Position numbers and translations under genes: made by a program. A stretch of DNA of 63,484 nt, filler included, from Dugesia japonica (Eukaryota), in NCBI GenBank assembly GCA_001938525.1. It is 6 parts of 6 records of this genome, joined end to end, with 100 filler letters (N's around TTAATTAATTAA, not from the genome) between each part and the next. Parts side by side here need not be neighbours in the genome. Positions count along the whole stretch, not along the records: positions 24,535 to 36,012 come from MQRL01533496.1; positions 36,113 to 44,870 come from MQRL01637014.1; 4 more parts are not named here. One strand, written 5' to 3'. This document shows positions 24,958 to 37,308 of this stretch, piece by piece. The stretch's first letter is position 1. Every line of letters starts with the position of its first letter. The notes beneath the pieces were generated by a model. The model searched no databases, was not told where the DNA came from, and worked only from the letters and a program-made list of their open reading frames with translations.

Positions 24958-25790
24958 TCTTCAACTAACACCAAATTGTTATCCGAATACAGATCTTTTC
25001 TGAAATCTTCTTCTACATCATCTTCAATTTTATCATCAACAAAATTTTCGATATCGTCCAAGTCCAAAGCTTCATTAGGAGTAGAATTTATTGGTATATA
25101 AAAACAGTCCGTTACGGNNNNNNNNNNNNNNNNNNNNNNNNNNNNNTAATTTAAAACATCTAATATTTTTCCGTATTTTTCATTAAAGCAGTTGCGTCGT
25201 TAGTGGATGCCATAACATCAATTTTTAAAGAAATGCCAAAGTTTTCTAGCTTAGCTATTTAACNNNNNNNNNNNNNNNNNNNNNNNNNNNNNNNNNNNNN
25301 NNNNNNNNNNNNNNNNNNNNNNNNNNNNNNNNNNNNNNNNNNNNNNNNNNNNNNNNNNNNNNNNNNNNNNNNNNNNNNNNNNNNNNNNNNNNNNNNNNNN
25401 NNNNNNNNNNNNNNNTATATTTTTCAAATTTATTTTGCAGTTCAATACATTTTTCTTTATAAAAGCTGATGATGCATTTTGAAATAGTTATTGGACTTTT
25501 TGGCATTTTATAAACTTTTTGTTGCACATACCATCAACTGCTGCGACTTTTGACAATATTTCATTTAAAGACTGTCTGTTGACAAAGTTCAAAATAGTAC
25601 TTGTTTCAATTTTTTGCTTTTTATGCGGAACATTATTTTATTGATAATTTCACTTGATACCGATTTAGATATAAATATGTTGTGTCGTAACATCAAATGA
25701 TTAATCATAGGAGGTACCACGTGTGGCTTCACCAATTTTATTTTTTCAGTATATTCGAATATCAAATAATAAATAAAAACACGAATATAT
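24958..25790 (-). mobile_element. Deleted second copy of the hAT element at 31492-34602
   Basis: Highly similar reverse-complement matches to about 33140-33300, 33000-33100 and 32420-32825; TATTCGAATA subterminal motif near 25752. Confidence 0.88.
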
Positions 25791-25944
25791 TAGAATATCT
25801 TTATCATAAATTAATTAAGAAAATGTATGTAATAGGCTGTCCAATAATTATATCAACAATTTGCAGGCAGCCTTTAACTCCCGTTTCCAAACTTATCAAA
25901 CTTTAAGTGACGTCCCTAATTTTTTAACACTATCATACGATAAT

Positions 25945-26800
25945 TGATTAAGATGTTTAAAGAAATGGAAGTCGGTGGGGACAGGTATGATAAGTATGGT
26001 GGGTGAGTGAAAGTTTCATTTCATAACTTAAGTAGTTCTTGTACGACCAATCGTGAAAATGTGAACATCCTTTGTCCGGAAGGATAATTGGACCCATTCG
26101 ATTGACTGTTTTGCACTAATGTTTTTGCATATCCTCCAACTGCTCACAGTATAATGTTGCAGTGCTTTTTTCTCCAGNNNNNNNNNNNNNNNNNNNNNNN
26201 NNNNNNNNNNNNNNNNNNNNNNNNNNNNNNNNNNNNGAGTTTCACCTTTTGAAACTGTTTATGGGACTCATCAATTGATAACCATTGTGCAGAACGTTTG
26301 CAGTTATGATAAATAATTTACTTATCGTCACAATTAATGATGAAATCCAAAAAGAGGTCGGTGGAATATCTTCTTAGGAAAGATATTGCTACCTCTAATA
26401 TTACTTTCATTTGGATTTCTGTAAGATCATGCGACATCCATTTCTCCAGTTTCTTGACTTTACCGATCAGCTTCAGATGTTCGAAGGCAGTAAGTGGCAA
26501 AACATGAATCTTTGCTGCTATCTTTGATTCATTTTGCTTTGAGTCTTCCTGGACAATTTGTTTCAAAATATCATCATCAACAGCAGAAGGTTGTTCGGTT
26601 CTTTATCGTTCAGATACTCATTTCCACTTCGGAAATTCTAAAACCATCTTTTCGCGGTACGCTGAATTGCAGTAACATCTCCAAAGCTTTTTTTACATTT
26701 TCAGTTATTTCTGTTACATTGTGAACGAGTTAAAATTTAGGAAGTATTATGAAAAGGGATTCTGTCTATGATAACTAATTCCTCCACTTATAACTAAAAA
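25945..26800 (-). mobile_element. Decayed mariner transposase
   Basis: HLKLIGKVKKLEKWMSHDLTE (WVPHEL), FLDFIINCDDK* (first Asp region), GPIILPDK, HPPYLSYLSPTDFHFFKHL. Confidence 0.88.
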
Positions 26801-27203
26801 GTAATATTATTTTCATAAAAAACCTTTACGATATTTAGAAAACATGGTTGTTAATTATATAAACATAAAAAATCGATTAGAAATAAATATTCTTTGTAGA
26901 TATTCTTGAAATTCTAGACTAANNNNNNNNNNNNNNNNNNNNNNNNNNNNNNNNNNNNNNNNNNNNNNNNNNNNNNNNNNNNNNNNNNNNNNNNNNNNNN
27001 NNNNNNNNNNNNNNNNNNNNNNNNNNNNNNNNNNNNNNNNNNNNNNNNNNNNNNNNNNNNNNNNNNATCCTGAAATTTGGAGTCATATCATCTCAGAAAA
27101 AAACTTAAATATCTAATATTGTTGTGATCTTTTGTTGAAAACTTCGGCTAATACAATATTGATAAAATTATCTTGCTATATAATTAATTATCATCTGATT
27201 TAG

Positions 27204-27290
27204 ATGAACAAGTGGTCATCTTCAATTTATACACACAAATTTCTCATTTATTACGAGCGATCAGACGCAAATTTAATTTGAGTAACGAAA
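27204..27290 (+). CDS. Internal exon of a CXorf65/C22orf15-like protein gene
   Basis: tttag|AT GAA..GAA A|gtaaag encodes EQVVIFNLYTQISHLLRAIRRKFNLSNE and splices in frame over a 46-nt GT-AG intron to the next exon. Confidence 0.72.
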
Positions 27291-27336
27291 GTAAAGTGTT
27301 TTTACACAAATTATTTTAAATCAAATTAATTTTCAG

Positions 27337-27456
27337 CAAGAATAGATCTCATTCACTCTGATGGAAATTTTACAAATTTATCAAAAAAACAATCTGGTGA
27401 TTGGGCTTATATATCTTTACAACCTCGAGAAACCTATATACTATCTCAAATTCAAG
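27337..27456 (+). CDS. Next exon of the CXorf65/C22orf15-like gene
   Basis: tttcag|CA AGA.. encodes (T)RIDLIHSDGNFTNLSKKQSGDWAYISLQPRETYILSQIQ, resembling the family pattern IDL..G..L..A..L..R.TY.L. The donor caag|gtgaag is tentative. Confidence 0.72.
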
Positions 27457-27493
27457 GTGAAGTATTAATTAATTTTTTTTATCATTTAATCAT

Positions 27494-27751
27494 TTATTCA
27501 TTGATTGTGTCAACAAAATCGAGGGAGGCAGTTTGAAAAAGTTTGATAATGTTTAACGGGGGAGCGGAGGGTGATAAATTTAATAAATCAAAACAAAAAT
27601 TAGGTAAAATATTGTTAATTTGTTGGGATGGATAAACATTTGTTGACATAATTTTATAAAGAGGATCACTGAAAGTTTGACAGTTGTTGACAAGGTTGGA
27701 AAGTTGTTAAAAGTTGCCTGAAAGTTGTTGACATAATTAATGGGCAGCTCC
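27494..27751. mobile_element. PIF/Harbinger-like MITE; partial opposite-orientation copy at about 25833-25935
   Basis: Imperfect TIRs ttcattgattgtgtcaaca / tgttgacataattaatgggcagc and G-rich internal tracts. Confidence 0.55.
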
Positions 27752-27961
27752 AAATAAGTTTTTTGCCAATATTGTTATTTAAATAAATATAAAAACCAGA
27801 ATACCTGAAGATAAATATCAAAAATTCAGATAACTAACAAGAAATTAATTTTTTGATGTATTGCTATTTATTAAAATTAACATGTGATTTAAAATGAAAT
27901 ATTTTTACATAGATTGAAATTACAATTCAAATGACTTTTTAAAATTCAATTTATTTAAATA

Positions 27962-28020
27962 CAGTAAAATCCCTCTATAACGCCCCCTTATATATTGCCA
28001 CCCTATATCTTCTGCCAAAA
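27962..28020 (+). mobile_element. Solo pogo/Tigger-like terminal repeat
   Basis: TA|CAGTAAAATCCCTCTATAACG; no partner end found. Confidence 0.45.
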
Positions 28021-29778
28021 TATTTCTTTAATTTTTTTTAACAATTTATTTTGCATATATTTTTATTTTATTATTTATTATCATTTATTTTTACATAATA
28101 TACAAAAATTAATTTAATACCAATAACTATATTACTCCGTAAACATTTTTAATTAAATTATTATTGATTTATTGATCGTAGATAACTGAAAATTGATATT
28201 TTAATTTTATCAAAAAAAAAACAGTGTAACCCAAAATAAACAAAAATGAACCAGATGATAATTTTGGAAATTTTAAAGCGTGTACATTTGATTCAAATGG
28301 CGTAGAATCCAACCTGTATCGGTTTTTGAATACATAATAATGTAACTACATTAAAGCAAACAATTCCACTCAAATTTATATTCATTGAATTAACAATACC
28401 TTAGGACACAAAGTTTATATGTTCTAAAATCACAATTATACGCAGCTGTATTGCTGTATATATAATTTATGATGATTTTTATATTTTTATGAAATTTGTT
28501 TTTGGTAGAATTATTTCAACTTTAAAAAAAGTTTTATTTGTGTTTTAATAAGTATTCAATAAATAGTAATGATTTTAAACAACAAAATAAAACTTGTCAT
28601 TATCCGCCAGTCAGCTTATTGTTGCGGAAAGCAAACACCAAGAAGAAAAAATATATATACACAACAAACAGATCAATGCACGCACAGCATTCATATAATA
28701 CATATATGCAGATACAAAACAAATATCGATCAACCGAGTACCAGCAAAACCCAATCAATAATCCTTATATTGTGTTCCCGGAAATTCAATTCTGTGACAA
28801 TGATTATCTATTTCTAACAATTATTATTGATTATCCAAACAGTTTTATTTTATTTTCATTTTTTTTGTACATTTTACATTTTAATTCTATGAACATTCTA
28901 TCTTTATTTGATTTTAAACATTTTATCGATCCTTGTGTTTAAGCGTTGGACGTTATTTGATATCGATAAGAATAATACAATAATATCAATTTTTGTAAAA
29001 GTAGGCTTGTTTTTATTAATTATAATATCTATTTAAATATTTTGTAAAAATTTTTATAAATGTAGGTTTATTTTTATTTTTAAAATTTGTATTTTCATAT
29101 AACGTATGTATGTATTGGCTGGGAATTGATATAAATAGTGTTCAATTTTGTAGAAATTTCACCCGTTTTTATAATCTTAAAAAGATCTATCACTTCTAAA
29201 GTAGCAGATCGTAGATTAAATTAAAAACGCCATTATTGTTGTGAGTATATTTTGAAAAGCGAGTTAAAATTTTTGTGCTTTGATTAGAAATTGTTTTTTT
29301 TTAAAAATCATTTTTAAAAAATTGAAAGTTTCAAATTAATTAAGAAGTTAAAATAATTATTTTGAATAGAAGTTTGATCTAAAAGTTTTCAATTGTTATA
29401 AGTTTACTATATAGAATATTTATAAAAATATCATTTTATCTAAAATAAACATACTTAGGTATAGGAAATTTACAATATATATTTGGATATGAAAAATACT
29501 GATTAAGCTCACGCAATTGTCGAAGAATCCCAAAGTCATCTCAACATTATCGAAACAACCATGTTCTACCGCCACCACTGCTAATAACAAAAAAATAAAC
29601 GTTTTTAATGTTTATTTTCATTTTAATTTTCTTTTAAATTTTCGACAGTAATATTGGTTTAAGTAATATGAACTACGGTAAAAAAATTTAACAAAAATTT
29701 CAACTAAAAATTGATAAAGAATATTTTGATCTGTTAATTTCTTTTACTCTTATTGGATATAATAAGATCAATGGATAA

Positions 29779-29831
29779 CAATTGCAATTATTGCNAGAAT
29801 AATTGTTGGACATAACCATTGATCGTTTTAA
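29779..29831 (-). mobile_element. Tail-only insertion of the hammerhead retroposon family (53 bp)
   Basis: Matches about 11030-11090; perfect 12-bp TSD atcaatggataa (29767-29778 and 29832-29843). Confidence 0.85.
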
Positions 29832-30551
29832 ATCAATGGATAAGTTCAAAAATGTTTTAAGAAAAAATCATAATTGTAGAATAAGCAATTTAAAAATTTA
29901 TTGAAACTAATTTAATGTTTTTTTAATCAATACTGTAAAACATGCTAAATATGTAAAATATTTGAAAAACTTTGAAGAAAAAATATAATTAAAAAAAATA
30001 AATTATAAGATTTTTTTATTAATTCAAAATATTTTAAAATTCATGAACATTTAAAAATTTTACCACTGTTTTTAACAGATTCAACAAATTTTTACTTTAG
30101 CTTTTAACTGCTTTCCATTTAGTATTCAATATTTCCGAATTAGAAATATTGTTTTAAACATAACTTTTATTTGTTAACCATGAGTTAATCTTCACAATTA
30201 TAGAATATGANNNNNNNNNNNNNNNNNNNNNNNNNNNNNNNNNNNNNNNNNNNNNNNNNNTATTTGAAAAACTTTGAAGAAAAAATATAATTAAAAAAAT
30301 AAATTATAAGATTTTTTTATTAATTCAAAATATTTTAAAATTCATGAACATTTGAAAATTTTACCACTGTTTTTAACAGATTCAACAAATTTTTACTTTA
30401 GCTTTTAACTGCTTTCCATTACCTTCAACATTTAGTATTCAATATTTCAGAATTAGAAATATTGTTTTAAACATAACTTTTATTTGTTAACCATGAGTTA
30501 ATCTTCACAATTATAGAATATGAAAACAATTCTACCTCTTATTTTATAATC

Positions 30552-30810
30552 CCGTGGTTTTCAAACTGGGCACTACGAGAATTTTCCAATATTAGAAGTA
30601 GTAAATTAAAGGGACAAATAAAAATCCGTTGACTTATGCTTGCAATCTGTTGTGGCACCAAACTATAAACGAAGAATTAATAACTGGGAAAGATTAAATT
30701 AACGCATAAATTAAAAACATGCAAAATAGATCAATATTTTGATTTGGTGTAGCGTGGAAAAATCTTGATGTATCAAAGGCACCGCGAACCAAAATTTTGT
30801 CAGTACTCTA
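30552..30810. mobile_element. Degenerate hAT Charlie-type MITE
   Basis: C(c)GTGGTTTTCAAACTGGG start and GCACCGCGAACCAAAA end motif. Confidence 0.45.
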
Positions 30811-30957
30811 TATTTNGAAATTTATATTTTGTATTAATTAGATTTCTTAGAAAAACAAATTATTGTGATATCTATTCTAATATCTAGCATACTATTATAT
30901 AACATTAAAAGCCGAAATATAAAAATAATTTTTAACACAAATGCTGTTTTTGTTTAA

Positions 30958-31178
30958 CATATTGAACGCCGTAATGTTAAAAATAATTTTTACTCCCAGG
31001 CTAATCTATTTTTTCTTTTAATTAACTCAAAATAAAGTTTAAAAATAATAATAATATTGCATTGATTTTCATTTATTTTTTGTCTAATTATGTCTTTCAA
31101 TCGTGAATCATCCGTGCACCACGCGGCCTAGAGCAAATCTACTGTGAATCATACGTGATTCACGCGACACTCAACGTG
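30958..31178. mobile_element. piggyBac-like MITE
   Basis: TTAA|CATATTGAACGCCG ... CGACACTCAACGTG|TTAT, with subterminal palindrome GTGAATCAtacgTGATTCAC. Confidence 0.55.
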
Positions 31179-32251
31179 TTATATTGTTTATTGTTTTGTA
31201 ATCTGTTTGGTTTTTTTCTTTAATAAGACTATCTTTAATATAAATAAGACTATCTTTTATATAAATACTTAATTTTTTGTTTTTAATTTAAAAACTTTTT
31301 AGGATACTGTTTTTAAATACGAGGCATTGTACTAGTTATTGATAAATAAAAAGAATAGCCATTGATAAAGAATGCGTCCAAATATCAAACGAAATGAGTG
31401 TTTTTGATTGGTCATCAATTAGAAAATGTGCGAAAGCATAAATAACTATATAGCTTGGCGTATAAAAAAAATTTCATTTTTTGATGCGAATTAGAAATTC
31501 CAAACTGAATATTCGAATACTTGATATTCGAACATATTTATGTGTTAATTGACTATTTGATATTCGAATCTTTGGACAAAATATTCGAATATTATTGAAC
31601 GATACAAAATTATAAATTGTAAAAATTCAATCAAAGTAAGCTTTGAAAAAAGTTTCAAAGAATCTCATTTTGAATTTTCCTAATGTGTTTTGTGTGACAT
31701 TATTTTAGTTGGCTTTTGAAAAACAGTAGAAATAAGTTATTGTTATTGTAATTAAAAATTTTAATGATTAAAATAAATCGTAATCAATTGTAAAATTAAT
31801 TTTTTTGGATATTTCTTATATTTGAAAGGTAAATTAAATTTTGTTAGATTATCTTACATAATTACTATTAGTTAAATTTATAGTCTCACAAGTCTCCATA
31901 AATTGTTTATTGATTATTACAAGTCTTTTCTTAAAAATAAAAATATGAAATAAAAATTCACAAATTTCAAACAAATAATCTGAGAAATATTAATAAAATA
32001 TTTTCAAAAATATTGGTTTTTTAAACTCATTTTAGAAAATAATTTTTTAAAATTTTATAATTTAGCACATTGTAAATTTTAACTTTAATTTAAAATATCT
32101 TTGTTTTACATATATATTTATTTATTTTTCAACCTTATAATTTTTAAACTTTTATATTTTAAAAATTTTAAAAAACCAATCTTAATATTAAATATATAAA
32201 TTAAAAAATCTCAGACATCAGAAATTCATGAATCGATACTCACAATTACAT

Positions 32252-32352
32252 TCATTTAATATAAAAGTTTAGATCAAAATTTAGGTTTTAATTATTGATA
32301 TTGGATAACAATTCGATATTTCGACCTTGTCTTCGTCAGGAATTGACTTTTA
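32252..32352 (-). mobile_element. Hammerhead-bearing short retroposon, subfamily B (101 bp)
   Basis: 11-bp TSD cacaattacat (32241-32251 and 32353-32363); same end as the other copies. Confidence 0.85.
32309..32345 (-). ncRNA. Minimal type I hammerhead ribozyme motif, intact core
   Basis: Reverse complement caattc-CTGACGA-A-GAC-aag-GTC-GAAA-ta-TC-gaattg: perfect 6-bp helix I, 3-bp helix II, palindromic helix III AUAU, AUC cleavage triplet. Confidence 0.85.
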
Positions 32353-35300
32353 CACAATTACATATTTAGATTTTTAGCCATGTCAATAAAATCCGAGGTG
32401 TGAAAGTTTTTTAATAAAGACGAAAAAAATTGGTGAACCCACATGTAGTACCTGTAACGCGAAAGTAGGATGTTGAAGTTCAACCACTCCTATGATTAAT
32501 CATTTGATGTTACGACACAACATATTTATATCTAAATCGGTATCAAGGAAAAATTATGAAGAAAATAATGTTCCGCAGAAAAAGCTAAAAATTGAAACAA
32601 GCACTATTTTGAACTTTGTAAACAAAACAGTCTTTAAATGAAATATTGTCAAAAGTCTCAGCAGTTGATGGTGTGTCAATCCAAGCAATAAGCAAATCCG
32701 ATGCAATAGCTGGGTACGTGCAACAAAAAGGTTATAAAATTCCCAAAAGTCCAATTACTATTTCAAAATGCATCATCAGCTTTTATAAAGAAAAATGTAT
32801 TGAACTGCGAAATAAATTTGAAAAATTTAAAAAAGCAAATCGTAAATTTGCTATTAATGTGGATGAATGAACAGATTGCACTATCTTACGTTTTTTAAAC
32901 GTAACAGTTCATGTAGTTTGAATGGAATCAAGTAAAGCTGGGTTTAACGGAAATAGTTACGCAGTGAAATGAAGAAACTATTAAACATTCATTTGAAGCT
33001 AAGCTAGAAAACTTTGGCATTTCTTTAAAAATTGATGTTATGGCATCCACTAACGACGCGGCAGCTGTAATGATAAATACGGAAAAATATTAGATGTTTT
33101 TTATCATCTTGGCCATAATCATGCACTCAATTTGGCTGTAACGGACTGTTTTTATATATCAATAAATTCTACTCCTAATGAAGCTTTNGACTTGGACAAT
33201 ATCGAAAATTTTGTTGATGATAAAATTGAAGATGATGTAGAATAAGATTTCAAAAAAGATCTGTATTCAGATAACAATTTGGAGTTAGTTGAAGAAAATA
33301 AAGATGTTGTGACATTGAGTATTGATTTTGGTCAAATTACTAACAGGTTAAGAGATGGTAAAAGAATGCTTAAAAAAATCATCTTTAAAGCACTCTATTT
33401 TGCCACAAAATATAGTTCGAAAAATGGGGAAAACTGAAGTTAAAATTAGACATCAAAACAAGATGGAATTCTTTGATTGTAATAATTTGACGATTTTTAA
33501 TTTTATCAGAATGTGTCAATAAATCCTTAATGGAATTGAATTTAGAACCAATTTCAAACAATGATACAAAACCTTGTTGATGTTCTTTCACCAATTCAAA
33601 CTGCCATTAGTGAATATAGCAAGAATGATACAGATCTCATAACAGTTGAGGGGTTTACAAATTTTTGTTTGAAAAGTTGCAACGTATCCAAGCTGCTGCA
33701 TGCTATTAAAAGAAGGATAAAATAAAGAAGAGATCCAGTTTTGATTAACTTATTGTTTATCTACATGGTGGAAATGTACCAATTTCCAACGATTACTTTC
33801 AATATTCTTCAAAAAATGCAGCAATTTCATAATCTGAAAAAATTATAGAACAAATATATCTAAAAATATTTATTGAAGAAAGTAATAATGATAATTTACG
33901 TCATCTTTAACTGATGATGTAATAGAATCATCACCACAAACTGGATTACGAAAAGAATTGCAAAATGCAATAAGTTCCATTTCAGAAAAATGTAATGTTA
34001 ATAATGAAACAAATAATAAATATAATGAACTGGAAAAAGAATTTCTCCAATTGGATTTATTCAAAAACGGTCGGTAACGCTGGATATCTTATAAAACGCA
34101 TTAGTTACTATACGACATATCTCAACAGCAACTGAAAGAGTGTTTTCAACAGCAGATGCAATAAAATCGAAAAGGAGATCAAAGTTAAATATAGAAACTT
34201 TCAATTCCATTCTATTTCTAAAATATATGTTTAAAAGTAATAAATTAAATATATAAATAATTAATAGTCTTGTGCGATCTTCCTTTTATTTAATATTTAC
34301 TTTTATAGCTTTTATTAAAACTTCCCGTTTTAGATACAACTATCCTTCGTGTCACTGATTAATCACTAACTGATATAAATCAATATAATCAGTTTTGACG
34401 TTCGCATTAGCAGATACCTCTATAACAAAAGCAATAAAAATATTAAATTGTTTTTTAATAATTTTATTACTATAATATTTATTGTTGATAATCTTTTTTG
34501 AAGTTTTAGTAAATTATTCGTATATTCCAATAATCGAATATTTTAAAAAATTTTCTATTCGTTATTCGAATAGTTGAAAACCTTGAATAGTTGGAATGTC
34601 TAATGCGACTTCATGTGCCTAAAAAAGGTCATCCACTTAAATCATAAAAAAACAAAACAATTGTTATATAAAAATTGTTTTTCCTACTTTATTCCCTTTT
34701 TATTATTATTTTATTAATTTATTTACAGTAATACTGTAACACCTGTCTGTAGTCTGTACTCTCAATACACTGATGTCCCATACGTTGTCTCCGTACTTTA
34801 AAGAATGAGATAATGACGTCATTATTTAATGCTTGGCGTATTTGTTGCTATATGTTACTAAACAAAAACAAAAATTTTGATAAAAATTTAACCCCCCTAC
34901 ATATATTGATATAGCATATTGTCGAATTTGAAAAATTGCATATTAATAAATACTGAAGTTATAATAACTATAAGTCTGGATAAATCTTTAAAATGATACT
35001 GTTTATTTAATTATTTTTAGGCTAATTAGGAGAAATCTTTGAATTTATTATTTGAATTACAAATATTTTACATGGAGTAAGACCATCAAATAATGATTTA
35101 TTTCAAAAAATCATTGATTTTTTCCAACAATTATGCAATTAAATATGCTTGGAATAAATACTTTGTTCATATACTGATTATTATTTAAAAATTAAATTAA
35201 ACACTAGTAGTAATTATCTTTAATTACATTATACTATTTTAAAATGTTTGAAGAACGCACTAACGTTATTTTATAATCAGCGTTTTCACTTAAGCATAAC

Positions 35301-36012
35301 TGATATTTGTTGAAATTGAATTTTATTAGTTTCTGCGTTAATGTTATTTAGCAATTATAACGTTTTCATCATATCAATGGATTTTAATTTTTTTTTTCAA
35401 ATTATTTGTTCGAGAAATTTAGAAATAATTTAAAAATTAATTATATATAATTTTATAGATAAGTAAATGAAATTTTCAACATTTTAATATTAAAAGTTCA
35501 GTTTAATTTGAATTTATTTATGAAATTTTAGATACTCGATAAATATTTTGAAATTAAAAAATATATTCTCAAAACTTATTTAATAGAAAAATTAAAAGAA
35601 GAATTCCAATCATTTATATGAATTATAAGGAAATATCCTAAAAATATAGAACATTTTTTTTGTTTATATAAAGAATTAAAAAGAAGTAGGTGTTTAGGTA
35701 ATTTCGATACCAGTTGATTGACAGGTCACTTTAAACCTCATTACGTAAACAACAATAGCTGTGAAAATTCTAAATTCACATCTTAATGTAAAAATTTTTT
35801 TTATTTTTTAATTGAGAATTTTCACANATTATTTTTTATTGGTGTANGAATTTTCAATTAAAGATTCTTATGAATTTTCACACCTTAAAATAAACATTGA
35901 ATTTTTTATTATTTATTTTTAACAGTGTTAATTTTAACATTTCAAACATGATTCCGTGAGAAATTTCAAGCGTTTTTTAATGCTATAAAATTAAAAAATT
36001 TCGTAAGGCATA

Positions 36013-36112
36013 NNNNNNNNNNNNNNNNNNNNNNNNNNNNNNNNNNNNNNNNNNNNTTAATTAATTAANNNNNNNNNNNNNNNNNNNNNNNNNNNNNNNN
36101 NNNNNNNNNNNN
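36013..36112. other. Artificial scaffold-joining spacer
   Basis: N44-TTAATTAATTAA-N44. Confidence 0.95.
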
Positions 36113-36682
36113 AAAATAATCTCCAATCAAAGCACAAAAATTCCAATTCGCTTTTCAAAACACACTCACAGTAACAATTTTGGTTTTCGAAACCGTGAAC
36201 ATTTTAGTTATTTATTTAATTAATTTATAGTTGATTTATTATTATATCAAAATATGAGTATTTTATATTTAATCCTTAAGTGCATTACTTTTTTTTACTT
36301 CAATGTTTTATGAAAAATATGTAGAATAAAAATAGTAAAAAAACTGTCATTTGTTGTCAGTGAATATGTATTGAATTTCTTTGATATGTAGACAATCGAC
36401 AAGCACCACGTATTATAATCAAATTTTTTTTGACGTATATTTTATTTGACTAAATTGGTATGTTGCCAAATGGCGACACAATGAATTTTAGGTTTAATTT
36501 TTTTGTTTAAAATTAGTGTTATAATAACTTGTTGACAATCTTTATAAAAATCTTAAAATCCCCAACTTTTTCCAATTAAAAATAGGAAGAAATGATTTCT
36601 AAGAACAACCGCTTATTTATTTTTTAATTAAATTACGAAATCGCATATTAATTATTATTAAAATTAAAATTATTATGTTTAG

Positions 36683-36783
36683 TAGCGGGATTAAGTGATT
36701 CAAATCTCGTCGAAGCTCATGGTACTTTTGCTTCGGCTAGCTGTGTTAGTTGTGGTGAGTGTTATTCTCCAACACAATTGAAA
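36683..36783 (+). CDS. SIRT3: NAD-dependent deacetylase sirtuin-3, internal exon (101 nt)
   Basis: tttag|TA GCG..AAA|gtaagt encodes AGLSDSNLVEAHGTFASASCVSCGECYSPTQLK, with the catalytic His and first CxxC. Confidence 0.92.
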
Positions 36784-36819
36784 GTAAGTTACGAAATGAT
36801 GATTATTATTATTATTAAC

Positions 36820-36821
<2 letters not shown>

Positions 36822-36878
<57 letters not shown>
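36822..36878. repeat. (TTA)n microsatellite in SIRT3 intron, running into a gap
   Basis: Directly visible. Confidence 0.95.
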
Positions 36879-37146
36879 NNNNNNNNNNNNNNNNNNNNNN
36901 NNNNNNNNNNNNNNNNNNNNNNNNNNNNNNNNNNNNNNNNNNNNNNNNNNNNNNNNNNNNNNNNNNNNNNNNNNNNNNNNNNNNNNNNNNNNNNNNNNNN
37001 NNNNNNNNNNNNNNNNNNNNNNNNNNNNNNNNNNNNNNNNNNAGTATAATTCTAAGAGTTTTGGGTTCTGTTATTGACTAACTAAATGTAAAACAAAATA
37101 TTGGAAACGTTATTTTAAAATTATAGTTAAATTTAATTATTTTCAG

Positions 37147-37308
37147 GAGAGTATAGATAAAAATGAAATTTGTTACTGTTCAAATTGTAGAGGAATCGTT
37201 AAACCAGATATTGTATTTTTCGGTGAAGATCTTCCTTCAAAATTCCATTTATACAGAAGTGATTTTCAGCAGGCTGATTTGCTTTTAGTAATGGGGACTT
37301 CTTTAGAG
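37147..37308 (+). CDS. SIRT3: Sirtuin-3 internal exon (162 nt)
   Basis: tttcag|GAG..GAG|gtattt encodes [54 protein letters not shown]; in frame with both neighbours. Confidence 0.95.

Larger units (their letters stand above)
31492..34602 (+). mobile_element. Near full-length hAT transposon with disrupted BED-finger transposase
   Basis: TIRs TAGAAATTCC / GGAATGTCTA, 8-bp TSD atgcgaat/atgcgact and TTCGAATA subterminal arrays. Motifs CSTC..INHLMLRH, FAINVDE*, ASTNDAAAVM, HNHALNLAV, LDIKTRWNSL and STATERVFS are separated by stops and frameshifts. Confidence 0.92.

Noticed and set aside
27067-27085. ILKFG as first exon of the CXorf65-like gene
   Set aside because: The only adjacent GT gives phase 0, while the next exon needs phase 1; upstream sequence is a gap.
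25833-27751. One Harbinger-like element capturing the CXorf65-like exons
   Set aside because: The right-hand MITE has its own left TIR near 27494, so two separate copies are more likely.
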